DNA of 62,693 nt, filler included, from Nitrospinota bacterium (lineage in GTDB: Bacteria > JAUXIQ01), in assembly GCA_030620925.1 (NCBI GenBank). It is 13 parts of 13 records of this genome, joined end to end, with 100 filler letters (N's around TTAATTAATTAA, not from the genome) between each part and the next. Parts side by side here need not be neighbours in the genome. Positions count along the whole stretch, not along the records: positions 45,342 to 51,792 come from JAUXIQ010000121.1; positions 51,893 to 56,648 come from JAUXIQ010000201.1; positions 56,749 to 59,678 come from JAUXIQ010000385.1; 10 more parts are not named here. One strand, given 5' to 3'. The notes under the pieces are model-generated. The model ran no database searches, was not told the origin of the DNA, and worked only from the letters and a program-made list of their open reading frames with translations. The first letter of the stretch is position 1. Each line of letters opens with the position of its first letter. Made by a program: the position numbers and the translations under genes. Positions 49,061 through 57,800 of the stretch are shown here, piece by piece.

Positions 49061-49828
49061 TCATGTTATTTCATCGACGTTCTTGAACTCGCCCAGCTGA
49101 TACTCCTCCATCATGGCTTTCTCCATCCAGTGGAACGCTTCATCCGGCTTCTTCTTCCAGCCCGGAGGGCAGGTGCACAGGAACTCCACAAAACCGTATC
49201 CTATATTATCCATCTGCTTCTGGAAAGCGGCCTTGACCGCTTTCCTGGCCCCGGCGTAGTTCTTGAGATTGTTTATACCAACCCTGGCCGAGTAGGCGCA
49301 ACCCCTTAAAGAGGCCATCATCTCCGCCATGTGAAGAGGGAAGCCCGATTGCGCCGGATCGCGCCCGTAAGGGGAAGTGGTGGTGACCTGCCCCTCTATT
49401 GTCGTAGGGCCCATCTGGCCACCCGTGTTACCGTAGCCTGCGTTGTTGAAAAAGATGGTGGTCAACTTTTCCCCACGGTTGACGGCGTTCAGCACGTCCC
49501 CCAGGCCGATGGCTCCCAGGTCTCCATCCCCCTGAAAGGTAAACACTATGGCTTCGCCGTAATAGGCCCTCTTTATGCCGGTGGCCACTCCGGGGGCCCG
49601 CCCGTGGGCGGTGCTTATCGTATCAACCTCCACTGCGCCGGCGGTCATGGCATGGCAGCCCACACCCACCACCCCTATGGCATTCTCCTGTATGCCCAGG
49701 TCGTCAATGGCTTCGCACACACACCGGGCCACCACGCCGTGCAAACAGCCCGGACAGGTCGGGAGCAAGGTATTGTTTATACAGTCCGGTGTGTCGCAGA
49801 TTAGTTTGCGCTCATCTTCACCGCTCAT
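49061..49828 (-). CDS. 2-oxoacid:ferredoxin oxidoreductase beta subunit
   Basis: CPGCLHG, AHGRA, QGDGDLGAIG, NNAGYGNTGGQ. The start MSGED overlaps the alpha stop. Confidence 0.94.
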   Translation of the reverse strand: MSGEDERKLICDTPDCINNTLLPTCPGCLHGVVARCVCEAIDDLGIQENAIGVVGVGCHAMTAGAVEVDTISTAHGRAPGVATGIKRAYYGEAIVFTFQGDGDLGAIGLGDVLNAVNRGEKLTTIFFNNAGYGNTGGQMGPTTIEGQVTTTSPYGRDPAQSGFPLHMAEMMASLRGCAYSARVGINNLKNYAGARKAVKAAFQKQMDNIGYGFVEFLCTCPPGWKKKPDEAFHWMEKAMMEEYQLGEFKNVDEIT

Positions 49829-50901
49829 AGCAGTTTTTTCACCTCCTCCAGAATGGTATCGGGGAAGATCATGCCGTTGCAGTCGGGCATGTGGCGGGAG
49901 AAGACACCCATGAAATGCACCTCCGCACGTCCTTCCACCGCGCCCCTCACGTCCTCCACCATCTGACCCAGGTTGTCCTCGACAACCAGTATTTTCTTCA
50001 CCCTGGAAGCCAGCTCCTCGATCTGCGGCTGGGGGAAGGGCCATAGCGTGATGGGCCTCAAAACACCCACCTTCAGCCCCTCTTCACGGGCAAGCTTACA
50101 GGCGCCCTTGGCCGCTCTGCCGCTGGAGCCGTAGGCCACTATGGCCAGCTCCGCATCCTCCATGAACATGCTCTGAAAGCGTACTTCATCCCGCTTTATA
50201 TTCTCGTATTTTTCATTGGTCCGTGCCAGCCACTCGTTGTATATACCCACGATGCCCACCGCGCTGTGCACGTTAGCAGATTTCCCCTTGGGGGAGCGGT
50301 GGATTTTCAACGCCCAGCTTCTATCTTCGGGAGTCGGTCCGAAGTCTATGGTGCGCAGCTCCACGTCCTCTTTCATCTGGCCGATGATGGCGTCGGTGAG
50401 AACCAGTGCCGGGTTTCGGTATTTCTCTGCCAGGTAGAAACCCAGTTGCACGAAGTCGAATATTTCCTGCACGCTGTCCGGCGCTAAAACTATGAGACGG
50501 TATTCCCCGTGCCCCCCTCCTTTGACCACCTGGTTGTAGTCCATCTGCGCGGTCTGGGTGCTGCCCGACCCGGGTCCCCCCCGTTGCACGTGCATGATGA
50601 CGCAGGGCAGCTCGGCGGCGGCGATGTGCGAAATCCCCTCCTGCATGAGGCTGAATCCCGGGCTGGAGGTGGAAGTCATGGCCCTGATGCCGCAGGCGGC
50701 GGCCCCGTAAAGCATGTTGATGGAGGTGCACTCGCTCTCAGACTGAACGAACTCGCCGCCCATCTGGGGCAGCTTTGCGGAGAAGTATTCCACCACGTCG
50801 CTCTGAGGGGTGATGGGATAGCCGAAGTAGTGCCGGCATCCCGCATACAACGCCCCCTCGGCGGCTGCAATGTTACCGGTTAACAGAACTTTCTCATCCA
50901 T
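49825..50901 (-). CDS. 2-oxoacid:ferredoxin oxidoreductase alpha subunit (VorB-like)
   Basis: FGYPITPQ, QSESE, TSTSSPGFSLMQE and QRGGPG motifs. Confidence 0.95.
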   Translation of the reverse strand: MDEKVLLTGNIAAAEGALYAGCRHYFGYPITPQSDVVEYFSAKLPQMGGEFVQSESECTSINMLYGAAACGIRAMTSTSSPGFSLMQEGISHIAAAELPCVIMHVQRGGPGSGSTQTAQMDYNQVVKGGGHGEYRLIVLAPDSVQEIFDFVQLGFYLAEKYRNPALVLTDAIIGQMKEDVELRTIDFGPTPEDRSWALKIHRSPKGKSANVHSAVGIVGIYNEWLARTNEKYENIKRDEVRFQSMFMEDAELAIVAYGSSGRAAKGACKLAREEGLKVGVLRPITLWPFPQPQIEELASRVKKILVVEDNLGQMVEDVRGAVEGRAEVHFMGVFSRHMPDCNGMIFPDTILEEVKKLL

Positions 50902-50944
50902 GTGTAAACCTTCTCACTCAAAATGTACATGAAGCGTGCATTTA

Positions 50945-51724
50945 TCATCGCATGATCATGCCGCCACACACGTTGAACGCCTGGCCGGTAATCCCCGATG
51001 CCTCATCAGAAGCCAGGAAGACCACCGCCGCCGAGACCTCCTCGGGGCTGACGGTGCGATGCAGGGCTATCTGGTCGGTGAAGAATTTTTTCGCCTCATC
51101 GTAAGTGGAGCCGGTGGCCTTGGCGCGGTTCTCCAAAACCCTCTCCATACGCTCTCCCTCCGTGGCGCCTGGCATGAGGACGTTAACCCTTACGTTGTGC
51201 TCCCCCACCTCCAGGGCCATACTATGGCTGAAACCTATCATGCCCCACTTCGATGCGGCGTAGGGGGACCTGAAGGAATAGGCCATGCGGCCGGCGATGG
51301 AGCCTATGTTTACTATGTTCCCGCTCCTGGCGGGTATCATGTGCTTGAGGACCTCCTGTGAGCATAGGAATGCGCCGGTGAGGTTTACGTCCAGGGTCTC
51401 CCGCCACTGATCGGGGTCGAGCTCCACCACGGTGGAGGTGGGGCCGTCGATCCCCGAGTTGTTTATCAGCACGTCCACCTTTCCGAACTCCTTAACCGCG
51501 GCCTCCACCATACCCTTTATCTGTCCGTGGTTCGTGACGTCGGTGGCGCAGACCAGCGCCTTGCAACCCATACCCCGTATCTCCGAAGCGACCTCTTCCA
51601 TTTTTTCAACAGACCTGGCCGCCAGCACTACGTCTGCTCCCTCCTGAGCGAACGCCAGGGCTATTGCCTTTCCGATTCCGTAACCGCCGCCGGTGACTAT
51701 CCCCACTTTGCCTTCCAGCTTCAT
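50945..51724 (-). CDS. Short-chain dehydrogenase/reductase
   Basis: TGGGYGIG, NNSG and PYAASK motifs. Confidence 0.93.
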   Translation of the reverse strand: MKLEGKVGIVTGGGYGIGKAIALAFAQEGADVVLAARSVEKMEEVASEIRGMGCKALVCATDVTNHGQIKGMVEAAVKEFGKVDVLINNSGIDGPTSTVVELDPDQWRETLDVNLTGAFLCSQEVLKHMIPARSGNIVNIGSIAGRMAYSFRSPYAASKWGMIGFSHSMALEVGEHNVRVNVLMPGATEGERMERVLENRAKATGSTYDEAKKFFTDQIALHRTVSPEEVSAAVVFLASDEASGITGQAFNVCGGMIMR

Positions 51725-51892
51725 TTCGCCCCTTTCCTATATACGATACAAGATTCTGCATACAAGATAAACGATAAAGGCGATGCGCATCANNNNNNNN
51801 NNNNNNNNNNNNNNNNNNNNNNNNNNNNNNNNNNNNTTAATTAATTAANNNNNNNNNNNNNNNNNNNNNNNNNNNNNNNNNNNNNNNNNNNN

Positions 51893-52250
51893 CATCCTGG
51901 GTCTCTGCGGCTCCAAGTGCAAGAAATGCGGCACACCGCAGTATCCACCGCAGCGGATATGCGTGAACCCCGACTGCGGGGCCGTAGACGAAATGGAAGA
52001 CTTCTCCTTCTCCGACAAGACAGGCAAAATCTTCAGCTACACCGGAGACAACCTTGCCGCTTCGTTTAATCCCCCGTCAATTTATGGTAACGTAGAGTTT
52101 GACGTGGGATGTCGCTACATGTTTAACTTTACGGACTGCAACATAGACATGCTGGAAGTCGGCATGCCGGTAAGATTCAGTTTCCGGATAAAGCATTACG
52201 ACCAGCAAAGAGACATCACCCGTTACTTCTGGAAAGCGGTCCCCGCATAA
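51893..52250 (+). CDS. Zn-ribbon/OB-fold (DUF35) domain, C-terminal part of a thiolase partner
   Basis: Frame is open from the contig start: LGLCGSKCKKCGTPQYPPQRICVNPDC...GKIFSYT...VGMPVRFSFR...YFWKAVP. Confidence 0.88.
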
Positions 52251-52264
52251 GAAGGAGGGTCAAA

Positions 52265-53470
52265 ATGACGAAAGGTATCAGAGACAAGGTCGCCATTCTG
52301 GGTATGGGTTGTTCCAAGTTTGGTGAACGTTGGGATGCCGGTGCCGAAGACCTGCTGGTGGAAGCATTCGTTGAGTGCATGGCAGATGCAGGGATAGACA
52401 AGAAGGAGCTCGAAGCCTGTTATTACGGCTGCCAGATAGACGAAGTCAACGTGGGCAAAGGGGCCAACCCCTGCGCCACCACGCTTAAGCTGCCCTACAT
52501 CCCCGTGACCCGCGTGGAAAACTATTGCGCCACCGCCACCGAAGCTTTCAGGGCGGCCGCCTATGCCGTGGCCTCCGGAGCTTACGACGTGGCCCTGGCC
52601 ATCGGCGTGGAAAAACTGAAAGACACCGGCTACGGCGGTCTGCCCAGCGGCAACAACCGCGGGCAGATGCACATCAACATCGGCATAGACGGAACCGCCC
52701 CCGGCATGTTCGCCCAGTTGGCCACCGCCTACTCCAAGAAGTACGATATACCCATGGATAAGCTGAAGGAAGCCATGGCACACATCTCCTGGAAGAGCCA
52801 TAAGAACGGCGCCATGAACCCCCGGGCTCACATGCGCAAAGAAGTGAGCATGGAACAGATACTGAAAGCTCCCATGATAGCCTATCCCCTGGGTCTGTTC
52901 GATTGCTGCGGAGTGAGCGACGGCGCCGCCGCCGCAGTGGTTACCACTCCGGAGATAGCCAAAAAACTCAAACCCAACGAGGATATCGTCAAGGTCAAGG
53001 CGCTGCAGATAACCGTGAGCTCGGGAGAAGAAGCCCTCATGAACACTTGGGACGGCGCCGGGCTGGAGACAGTGAAGCGGGCCGGTGCAGCAGCCTACGA
53101 TGAAGCGGGCATAACAAACCCCCGCGAGGAGATCAGCATGATGGAGGTGCACGACTGCTTCTCCATCACCGAACTCTGCGTCTACGAAGACCTCCAGATT
53201 TCTCCCAGAGGTGAAGCCATAGACGATATAATGAACGGGTTCTACGATCTGGACGGCCAGGTGCCCTGCCAGCCGGACGGCGGGCTGAAATGTTTCGGTC
53301 ATCCCATAGGCGCATCGGGCCTGAGGATGATCTACGAAGTCTACAACCAGCTTCTGGAAAGATGGCCGGAAGAGAGACAAATCAAGAACCCCCGCATAGG
53401 ATTGACCCATAACCTGGGTGGCAGCCCGAGCTCCAACGTGAGCAGCATCGCCATCCTGGGCAAAGACTAA
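52265..53470 (+). CDS. SCP2-type thiolase (acetyl-CoA C-acyltransferase)
   Basis: VENYCATA, GVEK, DGAAA, EVHDCF and GHPIGASG motifs. Confidence 0.94.
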   Translation: MTKGIRDKVAILGMGCSKFGERWDAGAEDLLVEAFVECMADAGIDKKELEACYYGCQIDEVNVGKGANPCATTLKLPYIPVTRVENYCATATEAFRAAAYAVASGAYDVALAIGVEKLKDTGYGGLPSGNNRGQMHINIGIDGTAPGMFAQLATAYSKKYDIPMDKLKEAMAHISWKSHKNGAMNPRAHMRKEVSMEQILKAPMIAYPLGLFDCCGVSDGAAAAVVTTPEIAKKLKPNEDIVKVKALQITVSSGEEALMNTWDGAGLETVKRAGAAAYDEAGITNPREEISMMEVHDCFSITELCVYEDLQISPRGEAIDDIMNGFYDLDGQVPCQPDGGLKCFGHPIGASGLRMIYEVYNQLLERWPEERQIKNPRIGLTHNLGGSPSSNVSSIAILGKD

Positions 53471-53485
53471 AAGATTTAAAAGACG

Positions 53486-53530
53486 AGGGGTAAGGTGCTT
53501 CGCCGACGAAGAGTGCCTGACCCTTTTTTT
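53486..53530 (+). terminator. Putative intrinsic terminator
   Basis: Imperfect GC stem followed by T7 immediately after the thiolase stop. Confidence 0.6.
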
Positions 53531-53598
53531 ATTTTGCACAAACCCCCTGTTCGCGACTGACCCGCGAAAAGCGGGACGCCCCTACGGCTTCATACAAT

Positions 53599-53656
53599 GT
53601 CATTCTGAGTTCCGCGTTTTGCGGGACGAAGAATCTCGCCTGCCCGAGCAAGCCCC
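53599..53656 (+). repeat. Dispersed intergenic repeat, copy 2, with a nested palindrome
   Basis: GTCATTCTGAG-[TTCCGCGTTTTGCGGGA]-CGAAGAATCTCGCCTGCCCGAGCAAGCCCC. Confidence 0.8.
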
Positions 53657-54089
53657 GCTTTCCTCCTGATATATTTAACCCCCTCCCTCAATCCCTCCCG
53701 CCAGAGGAGGGAAGATTTATTGATCACCAGCCGATGCTTTGGTTTCCTCCCCCTTGACCCCGCCTTCCGCGGGGCGTTCCGGTAATGCGGAAAAAGGGAG
53801 GCTGAAGATTTTTCCCTCTGTCGTCCGTGTATATCCGTGTATATCCGTGTCCATCAGCGGGACGTCACGCGGCAGGCGTGATGGTTCCCAATAAGTAAGG
53901 GCGGGCTTCCACCAAAATAATATAATCAAATTTTAGTTGTAAATAATTTCTACAACAAATATGATTGCTGATGCTCTTCGCAGGCGTCGCAAGAGTCTTT
54001 CCGGCTTTTATCGAAAGCAGGGAGGGGAAAATGGTTTTTATCGTGGTTCCATTCAACAAAAAATTTTCTTATTTTAGGGGAGGTAAGTC

Positions 54090-55133
54090 ATGAAGTATTG
54101 GCGTGGTTTGCTCGTCGCTCTGATAGCTGTGTCTTTCATCGCAGGTTTCTCCGGCTCCGGTCTCGCCGGTGGTAAACCGTGCCCGGACGACAGGCCCACC
54201 AAGTGGATCAGCAACTGGGGGAAGTGGGGTCCCGACGATGAGGTAGGCACCCTGAACTATATCACCCCGGAAGTAATGAAAAATGCCGCCAAGCTCATCA
54301 AGCAGGGTAAAGTCATCCCCCTGGGCATGAATGCTACCCCAAAAGTTTCTCCAGTATGGCCCGGCCGCCACGGCCTTATCCGCAACATGCATTCTGATGG
54401 CGCAGACTTTTTGGTAGCCAGGCCGTTCGGGAACCTGGCATACACGGATTCGACCATCATGATCGAAGACCACGGTGCAACCCACCTCGACCCGCTGGTG
54501 CATGTATGGTGGGGAAACTGCACCTACAACGGCTATTATGCCCCGGAGATAATCAGCCAGACAAAAGGTGTCATCAAAGGCGGCACCAACGCGTACATCC
54601 CCAGGTCTTTCACCAAGGGCGTGCTCATAGACGTAGCCAAGTACCTGGGCGTGGATTTCGTTGAGAAAATCGACGGCAGCAATGTATTAACCCCGAAGCT
54701 CATAGACAAGATAGCCAAGGCGGAAGGCGCGAAGATAACCCCGGGGACCGCCCTCCTCATCAGGACCGGCTGGATGAAAAAATGGACCGGCGCCAAGAAA
54801 CCATGGGCCATGGGTGACAGTCACGTGGGTATAAGCTGCGGCATCGAAAAATGGCTGGATAAGAAGAAAGTGGCCATGATAGGCGCAGACAATGTGGCTA
54901 TAGAAGCCTTTCCGGCCACCAAGGAGTGCAACGATTACTACAAGGTGGCCTTCGGGCCCTTGCACATCGGAGTGCTGAGTATGATGGGTACGCCCATGAT
55001 GGAGCTCATGGATCTCGATGAGCTGTCAGCGGACAGCGCAAAAGACGGCGTCTATGAGTTCGCCTTCTCTTTCGCGCCTTTCAGGTATTACAACGCCAGC
55101 GGCGGGCTTTCTTCACCCACGGCTATTAAGTAG
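54090..55133 (+). CDS. Cyclase/kynurenine-formamidase-family metal hydrolase with a signal peptide
   Basis: NWGKWGPDDEVGTLN, HGATHLD, LLIRTGW, GADN, LH and E..DLDEL motifs; N-terminal signal peptide. Confidence 0.9.
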   Translation: MKYWRGLLVALIAVSFIAGFSGSGLAGGKPCPDDRPTKWISNWGKWGPDDEVGTLNYITPEVMKNAAKLIKQGKVIPLGMNATPKVSPVWPGRHGLIRNMHSDGADFLVARPFGNLAYTDSTIMIEDHGATHLDPLVHVWWGNCTYNGYYAPEIISQTKGVIKGGTNAYIPRSFTKGVLIDVAKYLGVDFVEKIDGSNVLTPKLIDKIAKAEGAKITPGTALLIRTGWMKKWTGAKKPWAMGDSHVGISCGIEKWLDKKKVAMIGADNVAIEAFPATKECNDYYKVAFGPLHIGVLSMMGTPMMELMDLDELSADSAKDGVYEFAFSFAPFRYYNASGGLSSPTAIK

Positions 55134-55580
55134 AGAATGTTGTTTTTACCCTTTCCTTTCCCTGCGCCTAGCGGGTGCTGAAGTTGAGAGGGATTTTGTA
55201 CGGGCCTCGCTTCTTATAATCGAAACGAAGCGGGGCCGGCGTACACTAAACCCCGTTACCTATCAAACAACCTACCCGAGGGGGTGGCGCCGTGCACCGT
55301 AGGGCCTCCCCCTTTTTTAATCTTCATGGGACGCCTCAGGCCTTCACCGCGCCGCGGGACACGAATTGCCTCCACTTGCGCCTATTATCCTTTTCAAATT
55401 TAAATATCCGCACCGGCTCTCGCCTACTGCCTGAAAAAAGAAGGCTTCCCCGCAAGTAAATTTGCGAATTCGAGTTTACAGGAAGAATACCGAGTTTTAT
55501 ATTGAATCGAAACAGCCGCTGGGACGTATGCGACTTCAGGTAATCTTTTCTATTTTTGGAGCGGCGAGGGCCAACCGGTC

Positions 55581-56360
55581 ATGAATAACCCCGTCGAACG
55601 CGCTCTGATCCGGGTCAGAGACCCCGTAGTACTCTTTTTCTGCCGCCGAGGTGTAAGCCCCAATCTCCTCACCGTGACAGGCCTCATCTTCAGCTCTGCC
55701 GCCGCTTTCGGTTTTTCGCTGGATAACCTCAGGCTCGCAGGAATACTGCTCCTTGTCGCTGGAGCTTTCGACATGCTGGACGGCCAGGTGGCCAGAGAGA
55801 AGGGGCAGGCTACCAGATTCGGCGCGTTTTTCGATTCCGTGGTGGACAGGTATTCGGATACCGTAATATTTGCGGGCATAATGCTCAACTACCTGGGGAA
55901 GGGAAGAGATGCTTACGCCTTGCTGACCATAGTGGCCCTCGGAGGCGCGCTTATAACCAGTTACAGCAGGGCCAGAGGAGAGTCTTTGCTGAGCAGGTGC
56001 GAGGTGGGCTATCTCATGCGGCCGGAACGGGTGGTCCTGCTTATCATCGGCGCTCTGAGCGGGAAGCTGGATATCATAATCTGGGTTCTGGCCATACTCT
56101 CACACCTGACGGTCCTGCAGCGAATATCCTTCGTGTGGCGAGAGATCGCCCTGGAAGGAGCGAATCCCAACACCATTGAAAGGGAAAGACTCAATACCGG
56201 CCAGGGGACTTCGAAACCCTCTGAAAATGCGGGGGATAAATCCTCCTCCTTCAACCTCCTCTATTGGAACTATCCCCGCTACAGCAGGCAGTTCTACCTC
56301 TTGAGCTGTATCATCCTGGTGGTGGTCTTCCTGCCCGATCTATGGAAGCTCTTCCGCTGA
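55581..56360 (+). CDS. CDP-alcohol phosphatidyltransferase
   Basis: SPNLLT, DMLDGQVAR...FGAFFDSVVDR, SYSRARGE and RPER motifs. Confidence 0.93.
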   Translation: MNNPVERALIRVRDPVVLFFCRRGVSPNLLTVTGLIFSSAAAFGFSLDNLRLAGILLLVAGAFDMLDGQVAREKGQATRFGAFFDSVVDRYSDTVIFAGIMLNYLGKGRDAYALLTIVALGGALITSYSRARGESLLSRCEVGYLMRPERVVLLIIGALSGKLDIIIWVLAILSHLTVLQRISFVWREIALEGANPNTIERERLNTGQGTSKPSENAGDKSSSFNLLYWNYPRYSRQFYLLSCIILVVVFLPDLWKLFR

Positions 56361-56379
56361 TCCATCTAATACATTAAGT

Positions 56380-56648
56380 TGGAGTGCACCCCTTAAGTTG
56401 GACAGCTGGGGGCCAAAGTTAATAGATGCCTTTTTGTTTGTTTAATGGAGTATTCGTACTCCTGTGGGGTTTGATAACCTAAAGCTGAATGTAACCGTTC
56501 TTTGTTGTAAACTTGATCGATGAAGATGGAGATTCGCTCCTGGACTTCCGCCAGGGAGCGATATTCCCATAGGTGAACCTCTTCACATTTTAAAGTTTTA
56601 AAGAAGCTTTCTGCTTTGGCATTGTCGTAGGGGTTGCCCTTGCGACAC
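56380..56648 (-). mobile_element. IS3-family element: right end plus transposase C-terminus (CDS 56393..>56648)
   Basis: RKGNPYDNAKAESFFKTLK.EEV...YNKERLHSALGYQTP; terminal repeat-like TGGAGTGCACCCCTTAAGTTGGACA at 56380-56404; lower GC. Confidence 0.92.
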
Positions 56649-56802
56649 NNNNNNNNNNNNNNNNNNNNNNNNNNNNNNNNNNNNNNNNNNNNTTAATTAA
56701 TTAANNNNNNNNNNNNNNNNNNNNNNNNNNNNNNNNNNNNNNNNNNNNCTAGAACAGGGACAAAAAACATATGGTTATAAATTAAATAAATGAGACAACT
56801 TA

Positions 56803-56983
56803 TTGCCCCCACCAAAATGCCGTGTGGTTGAGTTTTGTTGAACCCTAGATAATTAGGGGGGTACCCTACAAGCTACTTCAGGCTTCCCGTCTAGGGCTTA
56901 GCACACCGTAGCTTAACACGGGTTCCCTTGTAAGTACTATTGGTTCAAACACCGCTCTTCCATCACGGGCACAGTAGGGGCAA
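56803..56983 (-). ncRNA. ssrS: 6S RNA
   Basis: About 181 nt directly downstream of zapA (conserved synteny). 5' TTGCCCCTACTGTGCCCGTG pairs with 3' CACGGCA..GGTGGGGGCAA; internal TTGAACC/GGTTCAA stem. Confidence 0.85.
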
Positions 56984-57036
56984 AAGCATCACAAATGTAT
57001 AGATGGTAATATGTGCGGCTACCGGTATAATCGGTT

Positions 57037-57333
57037 CTATTGAGCTGTTTTTTCCTCTAGTTTGGTATCCAGTATGGAAATCAGCTTAGTCGCCTTTCTA
57101 TCGATATAGTCGTTTTGTTGGCGGTGTTTCTCCGTGAGCTCGAACAGTTCGCTGGAGATGCTGAGCGCCGCCAGTATGGCCACCTTAAGACTGGAGATTG
57201 TGTTGACTCCTCCAGCTACTTCCTTCATCTTGCCGTCCACGTATTTGGCCAGTTGGCGTGTATACTCCTCTTCCGTCTCACTTCTCACGATATAGCTGTT
57301 TCCGAAAATTTCAACTTCGGTTTCTCTCTTCAA
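57037..57333 (-). CDS. zapA: Cell division protein ZapA
   Basis: VEIFGNSY, LAKYVDGKM and KVAILAALSI motifs. Confidence 0.92.
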   Translation of the reverse strand: MKRETEVEIFGNSYIVRSETEEEYTRQLAKYVDGKMKEVAGGVNTISSLKVAILAALSISSELFELTEKHRQQNDYIDRKATKLISILDTKLEEKTAQ

Positions 57334-57408
57334 CCCGATTCCCTAAATAGTTAAGAGGCCTGTTTTCAAGGTTACATTCCGTTTGTAATCATCTCTAATA
57401 AAATTATT

Positions 57409-57687
57409 TTAGATGATATCAATTTTCTCCAATTTGTCAAGCAAACTCTCTATCTTGAGTCTTATCTCTTCCCGCTCCTGAAGGAGCTGCTGGCTTTTCA
57501 CAGACTGTTCTTCCAGTTTTTGAGCCTCTTTGCTGAGGGTGGAAATCTGCCCTTCTTTATCCGTGGCCCGTTTTTGCAGTTCTTCGATCTCGGCCTTGAG
57601 CCTGGTGTTGTCTTCTTTCAATCTACTTATTTCATTGATAGCTTTTAATACTCTCGATTCAAGGAGTTCCAGTTTCTGGGCTTCCAT
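57409..57687 (-). CDS. ZapB-like coiled-coil protein
   Basis: All coiled-coil (LELLESRV...RLKIESLLDKLE), located between pheT and zapA. Confidence 0.8.
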   Translation of the reverse strand: MEAQKLELLESRVLKAINEISRLKEDNTRLKAEIEELQKRATDKEGQISTLSKEAQKLEEQSVKSQQLLQEREEIRLKIESLLDKLEKIDII

Positions 57688-57800
57688 CCTTTTTCTCCAC
57701 AAGGGCAAAAGCGTATTAAGTAAAATCTTAAAGCGGAAATCATAATAAAGTTTTGTAAATTCCGCCGGTGCAGTCGGTGCAAATTCCGGAGCTGCGATCT

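Noticed and set aside
52223-53539. Long antisense ORF (438 aa), and similar ones such as 39860..40777, 42817..43779, 28818..29654 and 1407..2216
   Set aside because: These are shadow frames of well-supported genes in GC-rich DNA and carry no motifs.
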